Part shown: in pieces, positions 1 to 8,575 of the stretch
Position numbering within the stretch: the stretch's first letter is position 1
How the letters are laid out: each line of letters opens with the position of its first letter
IMG/VR virus record: IMGVR_UViG_3300032320_000535
Span: 1-45,338 of that record
From: a virus
Taxonomy: Duplodnaviria; Caudoviricetes
DNA length: 45,338 nt
Direction: 5' to 3' (one strand)
Position numbers and translations under genes: made by a program
Notes under the pieces: model-generated
Told to the model about the DNA's origin: nothing
Seen by the model: the letters and a program-made list of their open reading frames with translations, nothing else
Databases searched by the model: none

Positions 1-210
1 AACAAGTCCCGTGGCCAAGAGGGAAGGGGCACCATAGACCATGCATGGCGCGTGTTTGTGGGCAAGAAGGAATATCTTGCCAAGCACGTGATTTTTGCCA
101 TCCCCTGCCGCAGTGACAAAGAGTGTTGCTCTGACGACTGGAACATGGTGGCCGACGGACAAATCCAAATCGACCGCGATACATCAACAATCATTGTTGT
201 TGCAGAATAA
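1..210 (+). CDS. partial hypothetical protein (5' end outside the window)
   Basis: Frame 1 is open from base 1 to TAA at 208-210 (NKSRGQEGRGTIDHAWRVF...IIVVAE); not in the ORF track. Confidence 0.65.
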   Translation, partial: NKSRGQEGRGTIDHAWRVFVGKKEYLAKHVIFAIPCRSDKECCSDDWNMVADGQIQIDRDTSTIIVVAE

Positions 211-229
211 TCTAATTGCGTGTTAGACT
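200..229 (+). promoter_or_regulatory. sigma70-like promoter with embedded palindrome, copy 1
   Basis: TTGCAG(200-205)-18 nt-TAGACT(224-229) with extended -10 TG; palindrome TCTAA-N7-TTAGA at 211-227; the same layout recurs at 2970 and 5234. Confidence 0.6.
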
Positions 230-265
230 CTTCCTACCACAGCAAGTGGGTTAACAGGAGAATTG

Positions 266-655
266 ATGACCACGTACACACACTGGGACGTTTTACTGGC
301 CAGTCCCACGGAACCACTTCCGATCAAAAAGCGCCAGTACCAAATGGGCTTGATGCGCAATGCGCTTGAGAACTGCAAGACCAAGCCATCAGTAAAGGAC
401 ATTGCGGCGCTGTCCACTGCGGTTGACCTGATGGACACCCTGCGCGACATGGGGCACCTAGAAGACTCTCAGAAGGCCTTAGAGGACGCCATGGTGGCCT
501 TGATGCAAGACAGCTTCAACGAAGGCGAGGTGAGGCTGTTTGAGGGCATTCTGGAGGACTACCAGATGGTCATGGACAACCTTCCTGCGCGCACCATGAT
601 TGCGGCTCACAGAGAGACCGAGAAGCGCCTTGTAAAGCAGAAGGTGGCCGCATGA
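266..655 (+). CDS. hypothetical protein
   Basis: ORF with AGGAG RBS; ATGA overlap with the next gene. Confidence 0.75.
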   Translation: MTTYTHWDVLLASPTEPLPIKKRQYQMGLMRNALENCKTKPSVKDIAALSTAVDLMDTLRDMGHLEDSQKALEDAMVALMQDSFNEGEVRLFEGILEDYQMVMDNLPARTMIAAHRETEKRLVKQKVAA

Positions 656-993
656 CACAAGAAGCGCTGAAGCTGGCGCTGGAGGCGCTGGAAAATCTTG
701 AGCATTCCAACTTTAAACGGCGCAGACTTGATGCCTTGATTGGAATCAAGCAAGTATTGGCACAGCCACCCCTGCCAGTGCAGGATTGGAAGACACTGCC
801 AAAAGAGGCTCCTCCACTTGTCAAATGGGCAACAGAGCAAACCCCACCCCTGCCAGTGCAGCCAGAAGAACGTAACTTCTGCCCGAGGTGCGGCAAGCGC
901 ACTGCTGACCCGACCACAATTCACACATGCACACCGCCAATGGAGAACACATGACACAAGAAGCCCTGAAACTGGCGCTGGAGGCGCTGGAAA
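651..993 (+). repeat. 44-bp direct repeat at the two gene starts (651-694 and 950-993)
   Basis: catgacacaagaagc(g/c)ctgaa(g/a)ctggcgctggaggcgctggaaa, 2 mismatches. Confidence 0.9.
652..954 (+). CDS. hypothetical modular protein with CxxC motif
   Basis: Starts MTQEALKLALEALE; contains FCPRCGK...HTC. Confidence 0.7.
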   Translation: MTQEALKLALEALENLEHSNFKRRRLDALIGIKQVLAQPPLPVQDWKTLPKEAPPLVKWATEQTPPLPVQPEERNFCPRCGKRTADPTTIHTCTPPMENT

Positions 994-1343
994 CCGAGTT
1001 GTGTATTGATTGGACAAACGTCAATGAGTCCGAAGCAGCAGCAGAAAAAATGCACGAAGCTATCGCCGCCATCAAAGAAGCCTTGGCACAGCCAGCACCT
1101 CTGCCAGTGCAGAAGCCGGTAGGTAGCGTGGTGCGTTGGCTTGATGGCTCGTTGGTACATGGGTGGTTTTCTGATCCCCCACCTGAAGGAACCCTTCTCT
1201 ATATCACCCCACCCGCAGTACAGCCACAGCGCCTTTGGGTAGGGCTGACGAATAAGGAGCTTTTTGAAATCTTGGATAAAGCAAACACTCGATATCAGGC
1301 CTTGCAAATGACAGAAGACAAACTCAAGGAGAAGAACACATGA
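951..1343 (+). CDS. hypothetical modular protein sharing its N-terminus with the previous ORF
   Basis: GGAG RBS, ATG at 951, identical first 14 aa MTQEALKLALEALE. Confidence 0.7.
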   Translation: MTQEALKLALEALETELCIDWTNVNESEAAAEKMHEAIAAIKEALAQPAPLPVQKPVGSVVRWLDGSLVHGWFSDPPPEGTLLYITPPAVQPQRLWVGLTNKELFEILDKANTRYQALQMTEDKLKEKNT

Positions 1344-1681
1344 CTGAAGAAGAACTTGAGGTTGCCACTACTGTTCATGCACGCAGGCGCAAGGTGTTTG
1401 TCGAAGAGGGTTTGTGCGCAGAGCAAGCATGGGACTTGGCCGAGAAAATGCTTGAGCGCGACAAGGACATTGGCGACGACCGCCGTGTGTGCTTTGAGTG
1501 CAAACATCACGTGGCCAAACATTGCATGGCCTACAAAGACAAAAGCGGCAAGCCGACCATGCAGTTGCGTTTCATCTTACAGCGATGTCCAAAGTTCATG
1601 CTCAAAGGAAAGAAGCCTTTGACTGACGAAGAAAAGCACCAGATCGACAAATCAAACCAACATCAGGAGACAGACGAATGA
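1340..1681 (+). CDS. hypothetical Cys-containing protein, possibly Zn-binding
   Basis: DDRRVCFECKH...C...RCP; ATGA coupling on both sides. Confidence 0.7.
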   Translation: MTEEELEVATTVHARRRKVFVEEGLCAEQAWDLAEKMLERDKDIGDDRRVCFECKHHVAKHCMAYKDKSGKPTMQLRFILQRCPKFMLKGKKPLTDEEKHQIDKSNQHQETDE

Positions 1682-1872
1682 TCAAGACACCAAGACAAAA
1701 AATCTTTTGGGCAATTTTTTTATTACCGTTTGCATTTTCAGCGGCCATTCAATTTTTGCCCCTGTGGCTGTCTGTGCCTGTTGCATTCTTGTGCGGCGCG
1801 TTCTGGCTTGGCGCCGTCGTGACGTTGCGTTACTTACCACCGAAAGTCAAAGATGAGAACACTGGGAATTGA
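1678..1872 (+). CDS. small membrane protein
   Basis: Two hydrophobic segments; AGGAG RBS. Confidence 0.65.
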   Translation: MIKTPRQKIFWAIFLLPFAFSAAIQFLPLWLSVPVAFLCGAFWLGAVVTLRYLPPKVKDENTGN

Positions 1873-2302
1873 TCCGGGCGCGACAGGCGCAATTGTGTTG
1901 CTGGAGGATGGCCAGCCCATTGAGTGGACGACGATGCCCACCACCAAGATCGGCACGGCCACTCGCGTTAATGCGGCGGCCCTGACCGACTTCATTGCAT
2001 CATGCTGTTGCACTCACGTGTACGTTGAGCAGGTGCATGCAATGCCCGGTCAAGGCGTGACATCAATGTTCAATTTTGGCCACTCATGCGGCACTGTGAT
2101 GGGCGTGCTGGGCGCGATGGGCCTGCCGCACACTATGGTGACACCGCAGGCATGGAAGAAGGCCGCAGGCTTGATTGGCACCGACAAGGACGCCGCACGG
2201 GCACGAGCAATCCAACTGTGGCCCAAGTGGCGCGAGTTGGACAGGAAGGGTAAGGGTCAGGCACTGGCCGACGCCGCATTGATCGCAAAACACGGAGCAT
2301 GA
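1853..2302 (+). CDS. RuvC-like Holliday junction resolvase
   Basis: LGIDPG, VYVEQV, MFNFG, PQAWKK and ADAALIA motifs typical of phage RuvC-like RNase H-fold resolvases. Confidence 0.85.
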   Translation: MRTLGIDPGATGAIVLLEDGQPIEWTTMPTTKIGTATRVNAAALTDFIASCCCTHVYVEQVHAMPGQGVTSMFNFGHSCGTVMGVLGAMGLPHTMVTPQAWKKAAGLIGTDKDAARARAIQLWPKWRELDRKGKGQALADAALIAKHGA

Positions 2303-2303
2303 A

Positions 2304-2645
2304 ATGAGCCACAAGGAAATCAACGACGCAGTGGATTTTTTGTACACCCACGGGCGCAAGTACGCAGAGGCTAAAGCACAGAAGGGCTACCTCGACAACT
2401 ACACGAAGGCCCTGATCGCCTCGCTGTCAATCAAGTTCATTTCGGAGGGGCTGGCCAAGTCCATGGCGCAGGCTGAAGCCATGGCATATGCAGACCCGTC
2501 CTACGACGTCCACATACGGGGCCTGAAAGAGGCTGTAGAGGCCGAAGAGGGCCTCAAATGGGCCCTGACCTCAGCAGAGTCCCGGATCGACGTCTGGCGG
2601 TCTCAAGAGGCCAGCAACCGCACCATGGATAGATCAGCCGCATGA
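2304..2645 (+). CDS. hypothetical helical protein
   Basis: GGAG RBS; tightly packed between the resolvase and the Zn/HNH gene. Confidence 0.7.
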   Translation: MSHKEINDAVDFLYTHGRKYAEAKAQKGYLDNYTKALIASLSIKFISEGLAKSMAQAEAMAYADPSYDVHIRGLKEAVEAEEGLKWALTSAESRIDVWRSQEASNRTMDRSAA

Positions 2646-2914
2646 ACGGCAGTTACAACAAGAATGAGCGCGCATGGGTGGGGCTGGTCAAAGAGCAACC
2701 CTGTTCTGTCTGCGGCCAAGCCGGGCCCAGCGACGCCCACCACGTCAAGCAGGGCCTGCACTACACCGTGGTGGCCCTGTGTAAGTCCTGCCACCAAGGC
2801 TCCAAGATGGGCTGGCACGGGGAGAAAAGGGCATGGGCCATCGCCAAGATGGAGGAGATCGACGCCCTGAACGTCACTGTGAGCAACGTTTTTACTAATC
2901 TGATTAGTAGGTAA
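2642..2914 (+). CDS. Zn-binding HNH-like (Ref/DUF968-type) protein
   Basis: PCSVCG...DAHH...ALCKSCH pattern. Confidence 0.65.
   Translation: MNGSYNKNERAWVGLVKEQPCSVCGQAGPSDAHHVKQGLHYTVVALCKSCHQGSKMGWHGEKRAWAIAKMEEIDALNVTVSNVFTNLISR
2893..2909. promoter_or_regulatory. 17-bp palindrome TACTAATCTGATTAGTA, putative operator
   Basis: Perfect 8-bp arms; identical copy at 10009-10025. Confidence 0.65.
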
Positions 2915-2969
2915 TTGGTTTCCAAAACCATATTAGGGTAAGTCCTAGTAAAAATAATTGAAAAAAGTC

Positions 2970-3000
2970 TTGTCAGCAGAATCTAACTTCGTGTTAGAAT
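2970..3000 (+). promoter_or_regulatory. sigma70-like promoter with embedded palindrome, copy 2
   Basis: TTGTCA(2970-2975)-19 nt-TAGAAT(2995-3000), extended -10 TG, A-rich upstream tract; TCTAA-N7-TTAGA at 2982-2998. Confidence 0.7.
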
Positions 3001-3037
3001 TCTTTCACCGCAACTTCAGCGGGTTTAACTAAAGGAA

Positions 3038-3361
3038 ATGATCATGACAACAGTTCAAGCAACCATCCAAGCCCTCGCGACAGTCGAGTCCTTAACCAAC
3101 GACATCGACACACTGGCAGTGTTGGATCGCCAGCAGAAGGCATTGGCCACACAGGTCAAGACTCTCAAAGACGGCATCGCCAACACGCTCGGCGAAGGCA
3201 AGCACCGTGGTGAGAAGTACGGCGTGACTGTTGTCATTGCCAACGTCAAAGGCACCGTCGATTACGACGCACTGTGCAAGCACTTCGGCATCACCGAAGC
3301 ACAACTCGACACCTTCCGCAAAGAAGGCTCCGCACGTATCACTGTGTCTCCTACAGCCTAA
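3038..3361 (+). CDS. hypothetical protein
   Basis: First ORF after promoter copy 2; AAGGA RBS; start may be 3044. Confidence 0.75.
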   Translation: MIMTTVQATIQALATVESLTNDIDTLAVLDRQQKALATQVKTLKDGIANTLGEGKHRGEKYGVTVVIANVKGTVDYDALCKHFGITEAQLDTFRKEGSARITVSPTA

Positions 3362-3371
3362 GGTGATGACC

Positions 3372-3587
3372 ATGTCTAAGACAGAACAAAACATTCTCCG
3401 CACCCGCCTCTGGGTGGCTCACATTGATGACGAGCGCAGTGATGGCAGTGGGATCATCGTTACCTTGGCCAACGAATACGTTTGGGAAGATGAGCGCGAT
3501 TGTGGTGTGCGTGGGTTCGACACCCTGAAAGAAGTCGAGCGGGGCACACGCTTTGACTGCGTCATCCACAGGAACATCACTAAATAA
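3372..3587 (+). CDS. hypothetical protein
   Basis: AAGGTG RBS; start re-called from the track ORF 3231..3587. Confidence 0.65.
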   Translation: MSKTEQNILRTRLWVAHIDDERSDGSGIIVTLANEYVWEDERDCGVRGFDTLKEVERGTRFDCVIHRNITK

Positions 3588-3594
3588 ATCAACC

Positions 3595-3610
3595 GGGGGC
3601 TTCGGCCCCC
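3595..3610 (+). other. GC hairpin with cUUCGg tetraloop and no U-tract
   Basis: GGGGGC-TTCG-GCCCCC; the identical 16-mer forms the terminator core at 23491-23506. Confidence 0.6.
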
Positions 3611-3624
3611 ACTTGGAGAACACC

Positions 3625-4002
3625 ATGACACCTATGACACAACGCGACAAAGTACTGACCAGCAAAAACGTGTTGGCCGCCTGCAAGGACATTACTAAGC
3701 TGAACAAGCGTGGCTACGACTTCCTGTACTTGGCCAGTGGCTTCATTGCCCACTACAACATTGACGGGTTCAAGGCCTACTACTCTGAGCACAGCCTGCA
3801 AGCTGACATCGAGCGCAACGCCAAAGCAAACCAGTGGAACAACTTCCGCAATGGTGAGAGCAACGCCGACTACTACCACGCCAAGCGCGACTGCTACAAC
3901 ATGATCCTTGGTGGCTTCGTAGCGCGCCAAGCACTTGACGAGCAGTTCGGCCACCCAATGGAATTCCTGCGCACCCACCTCACAATCATTCGCGCCAACT
4001 AA
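3625..4002 (+). CDS. hypothetical protein
   Basis: GGAG RBS before ATG 3625. Confidence 0.7.
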   Translation: MTPMTQRDKVLTSKNVLAACKDITKLNKRGYDFLYLASGFIAHYNIDGFKAYYSEHSLQADIERNAKANQWNNFRNGESNADYYHAKRDCYNMILGGFVARQALDEQFGHPMEFLRTHLTIIRAN

Positions 4003-4012
4003 GGAGAACATC

Positions 4013-4396
4013 ATGAACATCGGCACACAAACAGGCAGTCTGGTCAATCACCTTTACAGCCGCATGACCATTGGCGCGCCAGAGCCCGTAGTCGGCATGG
4101 GAGTCACCATGCTGTCGTGGACTGATCGCCACGCAGGCACCATCGTCGAAGTGAACACAAAGAAGCGTTACATCGCCGTCATTGAAGACAACGCCAAACG
4201 CATCGACAACAACGGAATGAGTGAGTCGCAAGAGTACGAGTACACGCCAGACCCTACCGGGTATCGCAACTACTATCGCAAGGACAGAAAGGGTCAATGG
4301 CGTGTGTGCCATTACAACGACAACAAACGACTGGTGTTTGGCACTGGTGGCTTGATCATCGGGCGCCGTGAGTCGTACCACGATTTTTCTTTTTAA
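4013..4396 (+). CDS. hypothetical protein
   Basis: AAGGAG RBS before ATG 4013. Confidence 0.75.
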   Translation: MNIGTQTGSLVNHLYSRMTIGAPEPVVGMGVTMLSWTDRHAGTIVEVNTKKRYIAVIEDNAKRIDNNGMSESQEYEYTPDPTGYRNYYRKDRKGQWRVCHYNDNKRLVFGTGGLIIGRRESYHDFSF

Positions 4397-4404
4397 AGGC
4401 CAAC

Positions 4405-4482
4405 ATGAAAATTCATCCAACCATCAAAATGTGGATAGCGGTCATCCTGATCCTTGTCGCCTACTACCTTGCAAAGAATTAA
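4405..4482 (+). CDS. 25-aa single-TM microprotein
   Basis: MKIHPTIKMWIAVILILVAYYLAKN fills the gap exactly; AAGG RBS. Confidence 0.45.
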   Translation: MKIHPTIKMWIAVILILVAYYLAKN

Positions 4483-4484
4483 GC

Positions 4485-4772
4485 ATGACTGAAAAAAAAG
4501 AATTGAGTCAACTGGCCCGGCAACTGCTGGGAAGCCGTGGCGCCGTTGAGTTCTACACCCAGCAGGAGTTCGACGCCGCGCTGGCCATTGCAAAGGCTGA
4601 GATCATGACGGTGGCCATCCAGACCAGCAAGCAGGTCATCATGATCGAGCGTCAGGCTTGCTCAGACCTTGTCAGGGGCCTTGCAGACGCCGAGGATGAG
4701 GGCGAGGTAGCCACTGCCCTTAAAAACGCCGCTGAGGCCATCCTAGACCGCATACCGAGCCAGCGGCAATGA
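4485..4772 (+). CDS. hypothetical protein
   Basis: MTEKKELSQLARQ...; start re-called. Confidence 0.65.
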   Translation: MTEKKELSQLARQLLGSRGAVEFYTQQEFDAALAIAKAEIMTVAIQTSKQVIMIERQACSDLVRGLADAEDEGEVATALKNAAEAILDRIPSQRQ

Positions 4773-4891
4773 GACGGGACTTGTACGAACCAAACCCCAT
4801 GCTGACTAGGGGTGAGCGGCTTTGGCGCGCCGTGCTCATCGTGGCTTCAATTGCTGTAGTGTTGATGGACTTATTTGTTTGGAGACCATGA
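4769..4891 (+). CDS. 40-aa single-TM microprotein
   Basis: MRRDLYEPNPMLTRGERLWRAVLIVASIAVVLMDLFVWRP; ATGA overlaps at both ends. Confidence 0.55.
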   Translation: MRRDLYEPNPMLTRGERLWRAVLIVASIAVVLMDLFVWRP

Positions 4892-5220
4892 TGGATAACC
4901 GGGAAATTAAAGCGATAAAAAAAGTCAGCGAATCCATTGAGATTGGCAACAACGAGATCATGAAAAGCGTCATCGAGCGGTACAGCCCTGAGGTGGCCAT
5001 CAACGTGATGATTAACGTGTCCACCAGCATGTTGGCCAAGGCTCTGATCATGACTGATCCTAGTAACCGGGAGCACCTTGAAAAGATCATGATCAAACTT
5101 ACCCAGATGAAGGTGGACGAAGGGCATGCGGCCATCGAGTCTGTGATGGCCATCGGCAGGGCTATGTCCCCTCAGGGCGGCAACTACACCTGCCAGCAAA
5201 TGCCACCTAAAAAAGATTAG
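4888..5220 (+). CDS. hypothetical protein
   Basis: GGAG RBS; helical composition. Confidence 0.65.
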   Translation: MMDNREIKAIKKVSESIEIGNNEIMKSVIERYSPEVAINVMINVSTSMLAKALIMTDPSNREHLEKIMIKLTQMKVDEGHAAIESVMAIGRAMSPQGGNYTCQQMPPKKD

Positions 5221-5233
5221 GGTTTGTCCCTAG

Positions 5234-5264
5234 TTGTAATAAGACTCTAATTCCGTGTTAGAAT
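5234..5264 (+). promoter_or_regulatory. sigma70-like promoter with embedded palindrome, copy 3
   Basis: TTGTAA(5234-5239)-19 nt-TAGAAT(5259-5264); TCTAA-N7-TTAGA at 5246-5262. Confidence 0.7.
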
Positions 5265-5305
5265 TCTTCTCACTGCAACATCGCAGGTTTATTTAGGAGT
5301 TTCAA

Positions 5306-5596
5306 ATGATCACAGTAGACAAGTTCAATGTTCGCGTAGTCAAGCAAGGCGAGAAGTACGGCCGTGACTTTTGCCTGACCCACGATGGTGACAGGCCTTT
5401 GGTTGAGTTCTATGACACGCGCTACATGCACACAGAGTTTGGCCAGTTCGTGAGCCGTTACTACGTGGAGACAATTCTTTCTGAGAAAGGCAATGGCCCA
5501 AAGAATTGCGGCCTGAACCTGCATGGTGGCGTCCCAGAGTGGACAGTGTCAGCAGAAGACATGGACACAGTTCGTGGCTGGTTGAAAACAATTTAA
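5306..5596 (+). CDS. hypothetical protein
   Basis: AGGAG RBS; first ORF after promoter copy 3. Confidence 0.75.
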   Translation: MITVDKFNVRVVKQGEKYGRDFCLTHDGDRPLVEFYDTRYMHTEFGQFVSRYYVETILSEKGNGPKNCGLNLHGGVPEWTVSAEDMDTVRGWLKTI

Positions 5597-5605
5597 GGGG
5601 GCACC

Positions 5606-5863
5606 ATGAAGCGCGCATACATCAAAGCATTCAACGCCCTCAAGAAGCTGGGCGTGCCCGTATACGAACGTGACGACATGGACGGTCGGTTCCAGATCAG
5701 CGCAGAAGACCCAGAGTCTTACAAGTGGGCCGACTACTATGACGGATACTTGCAACCCAATTGGGTGTTCGGTGTCAATCCAAAGATCGATGCAGTTTTG
5801 AGCAAGAGTGGATTGTTTGCTGAGTGGATCAACCCCGGTGAACTTGGTGTTTACGAAGTTTAA
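5606..5863 (+). CDS. hypothetical protein
   Basis: AAGGGG RBS; operon packing. Confidence 0.7.
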   Translation: MKRAYIKAFNALKKLGVPVYERDDMDGRFQISAEDPESYKWADYYDGYLQPNWVFGVNPKIDAVLSKSGLFAEWINPGELGVYEV

Positions 5864-5873
5864 GGAGAGCGAC

Positions 5874-6131
5874 ATGGAAGACTTCAAAGCAATGGCCAAG
5901 ATGGTCGTCGAGACAACCGCCAAGGCACACAGCATGCTGGCCTACTGCGACTACATAGCCCACATCATTTCGGGTAAGCTGAAGGCGCACGACAGCGAGA
6001 GCCTGCTGTCCGTGGTGACCAGCCCCAAGTACGACGTGACCCCTCAGGGCAGTTTTGCCAGCACCAAGAAGACCATCATGGTGCAAGACCGCTATGGCAA
6101 GCAGTACTTGATCACAGTGGAGGAAGCATGA
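5874..6131 (+). CDS. hypothetical protein
   Basis: TAAGGAG RBS before ATG 5874. Confidence 0.7.
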   Translation: MEDFKAMAKMVVETTAKAHSMLAYCDYIAHIISGKLKAHDSESLLSVVTSPKYDVTPQGSFASTKKTIMVQDRYGKQYLITVEEA

Positions 6132-6346
6132 CCTACAACGAATGGCACAAGGTCTTTGAGACCAAAGTCAAGGGCTACGACGCCCAACAGTGTGAGCATG
6201 CCCTGCGTGACTGCCACGAGACGCTGGCACTGCACAAAGCTAACTCAGGTGGCCAGACCTATGAAAGCCCGTACTACCGCAAGCTGTGGGCTGAGATTGA
6301 CGCCCTGCGCGAGCGCCAGCTCAAAATCGGCAAGGTGGCAGCATGA
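6128..6346 (+). CDS. hypothetical protein
   Basis: GGAGG RBS; ATGA coupling. Confidence 0.7.
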   Translation: MTYNEWHKVFETKVKGYDAQQCEHALRDCHETLALHKANSGGQTYESPYYRKLWAEIDALRERQLKIGKVAA

Positions 6347-7047
6347 CGCCGTTCATCCGCTCAACGATGCGCTGGATGGTCGAGGCGGGCATCGATCCCA
6401 CCGAGATGCAATGGTTTGACATCTCGGGCACCCTCGATCAAAGCACGGTCGATCAGAACTGGTTGCATGAGTACCGGCCACCATTTGAAAAGTGCATGGT
6501 CGTCTGGCAGGGGAAATCCAAAACGCATCAGGTCTACGAGTTTCTGATGACAGTTGTGGGCACGGACCCCGAGGAGGGAATTGTCCTGTCAGTTCACAAG
6601 GGGCCGCACGGGCAAATGCCGACCAAGCTGCCTTTGATTGTGTACGCGCTCGACGATGGAATGATCCGTTACGGTCCAGTCGATGAGGGAGATACCATCG
6701 AAGAGAAGGACGCCCAGATGGTGCTCGGGGTTATAGGCAACTGGTATAGGTTGCTGTCACAGCGTTGCCCGTCTTATAAGCCGACGATGCGCGACACCTT
6801 TACAAACCGGCGCAAGATCGCGCAGGGGAAGGCCCCTAGCTACGACTGGACGACGGTTTACATCGAGCCGTCTAGGCCTCAATCCGAATCCAAGGGTGGT
6901 ACCCATGCATCACCTCGCCAGCACGACCGTAGAGGGCACCTGCGCAGGCTTAGGAGCGGTAAAAATGTTTGGGTGAAGCCCTGCAAAGTCGGAGATCCAA
7001 GCAAAGGCGTGGTCTGGCACGATTACGCAATTAAGGAGGCAGCATGA
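6343..7047 (+). CDS. hypothetical protein with basic His/Arg-rich C-terminal motif
   Basis: HASPRQHDRRGHLRRLRSGKNVWVKPCKVG; possible nucleic-acid binding (inference). Confidence 0.75.
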   Translation: MTPFIRSTMRWMVEAGIDPTEMQWFDISGTLDQSTVDQNWLHEYRPPFEKCMVVWQGKSKTHQVYEFLMTVVGTDPEEGIVLSVHKGPHGQMPTKLPLIVYALDDGMIRYGPVDEGDTIEEKDAQMVLGVIGNWYRLLSQRCPSYKPTMRDTFTNRRKIAQGKAPSYDWTTVYIEPSRPQSESKGGTHASPRQHDRRGHLRRLRSGKNVWVKPCKVGDPSKGVVWHDYAIKEAA

Positions 7048-7232
7048 ACAAACATGAGATCGACGACATGATGCGCGGCCTGCCCAGCCAACAGCCCACT
7101 GAAACCACGTGGCAGAACGTGCTGATCGGCGCGTGGCTGGCCATGTTCATTATTCTGTGCATTTATGCCCCTGACATCGTTTACCAACCAAAGGAGATTA
7201 CCCATGGCAACTGCCAAAAAGACACCAGCTGA
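7044..7232 (+). CDS. small membrane protein
   Basis: TAAGGAGG RBS; one TM segment. Confidence 0.65.
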   Translation: MNKHEIDDMMRGLPSQQPTETTWQNVLIGAWLAMFIILCIYAPDIVYQPKEITHGNCQKDTS

Positions 7233-7479
7233 GAAGGTGGCCGCCAAGGCACCCGCAAAGAAGGCACCCGCCAAGGCCGCAAAACAGCCCGTGGCGCCCA
7301 TCAAGCGAGATGAGCGCACCCATGCCATGCCCGTAGAGGTTCAAGAGTGGATAGAGCGCGCTTCCAGCATCATGAAGCATCAGGCCACCCAGATTGCCAC
7401 CATGAAGGAGGAAATCGTGCAATTGAAGGCGTACAAGAAGTTCGCCGCCAACAAGATTCAGGGGATCAGCTATGAGTGA
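7204..7479 (+). CDS. hypothetical protein with Lys/Ala/Pro-rich N-terminus and coiled coil
   Basis: AAGGAG RBS; AKAPAKKAPAKAAK. Confidence 0.7.
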   Translation: MATAKKTPAEKVAAKAPAKKAPAKAAKQPVAPIKRDERTHAMPVEVQEWIERASSIMKHQATQIATMKEEIVQLKAYKKFAANKIQGISYE

Positions 7480-7741
7480 GTACCAAGGCGGCGAGTGCCA
7501 ACAAAAGCACATTCAGCAAACCTTCACGCTTACAGGGCCTAAGCAAAACCACAAAATTACGTTCCATAACGCCGAAGGGCACGAGGTAGGCGCCATGGAC
7601 TTCAACGGCCCCGGACTATCCTTTGAAGGAGTTGCCGACGAGAGCGCCATCGTATTCATGGATTTCGTGAGCAAGCAATTCCAAGCGCGCCTGATACAGG
7701 AATACGACCGGGGCTACAAAGACGGGAAAGCCGCCAAGTGA
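7472..7741 (+). CDS. hypothetical protein
   Basis: Overlapping operon packing. Confidence 0.65.
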   Translation: MSEYQGGECQQKHIQQTFTLTGPKQNHKITFHNAEGHEVGAMDFNGPGLSFEGVADESAIVFMDFVSKQFQARLIQEYDRGYKDGKAAK

Positions 7742-7941
7742 CCAAGCAGACTGACGACCTGCTGAGTGAGGCCTACACCGATGCATTGCTGTACGGTGTA
7801 GGCATCATCAAGATCGTTATAACACTGAAAGGGCCAAGGATCAGTCACGTGCACCATGGAGAGTTCGTGGACTTGGCCGACCACCTAAAACACGTGGTGG
7901 AAAACACGCCGGACTTCACAGACACCCAGTCCAAGAGTTAA
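7738..7941 (+). CDS. hypothetical protein
   Basis: GTGA overlap with the previous gene. Confidence 0.55.
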   Translation: MTKQTDDLLSEAYTDALLYGVGIIKIVITLKGPRISHVHHGEFVDLADHLKHVVENTPDFTDTQSKS

Positions 7942-7987
7942 ACTTCCAGTTATGCGCTGAAATGATTGCGCGACAAAGGACTGGAAT

Positions 7988-8575
7988 ATGACCTACAAGA
8001 AGACGAAAGCCGCTACAAGCGAAGACATCACCACCAACCTTGGGGTGAACGAACTGGCTGTGGAGGCCAACAACCTCCCCGCGCCAAAGAACAGCCGTGG
8101 TAGACCATCCATCTACTCAAAAGACCTCGTAGACCGTATATGCATAAGACTCTCACTAGGGGAGAGCGTAAGGTCGATATGCAAAGACCCAGAGATGCCG
8201 TCACAGGCATTGATTTACCAGTGGTTGTATCGCCACCCAGATTTTCTTGAGCAATACACACGTGCGCGGGAAGAACAAGCAGAGACGCATGCTGACGAGA
8301 TCGTTGATATTGCTGACGAAACTCCTGCCCTGCTGGAGGTGAAGGACAAAGACGGCAACGTGGTGGACATCAAGCTAGACAGCGCCTATATCGCGTGGCA
8401 GAAGCAACGGATTGACTCGCGCAAGTGGAATGCATCGAAGCAACGCCCCAAGAAGTACGGTGACCGAGTCACCCATGGTGGCGACGACGACAGCCCGGTG
8501 GTGGTCGAGCACAACCTGAATGTGTTCGGTGACCTGCTCAAAGCCCTCAAGCTACAGCGCCAATCGGGCATATGA
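7988..8575 (+). CDS. terS: terminase small subunit (Sf6-like)
   Basis: GRPSIY...ICIRLSLGESVRSIC HTH, QYTRARE, RKWNASK..PKKYGD; immediately upstream of TerL. Confidence 0.88.
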   Translation: MTYKKTKAATSEDITTNLGVNELAVEANNLPAPKNSRGRPSIYSKDLVDRICIRLSLGESVRSICKDPEMPSQALIYQWLYRHPDFLEQYTRAREEQAETHADEIVDIADETPALLEVKDKDGNVVDIKLDSAYIAWQKQRIDSRKWNASKQRPKKYGDRVTHGGDDDSPVVVEHNLNVFGDLLKALKLQRQSGI

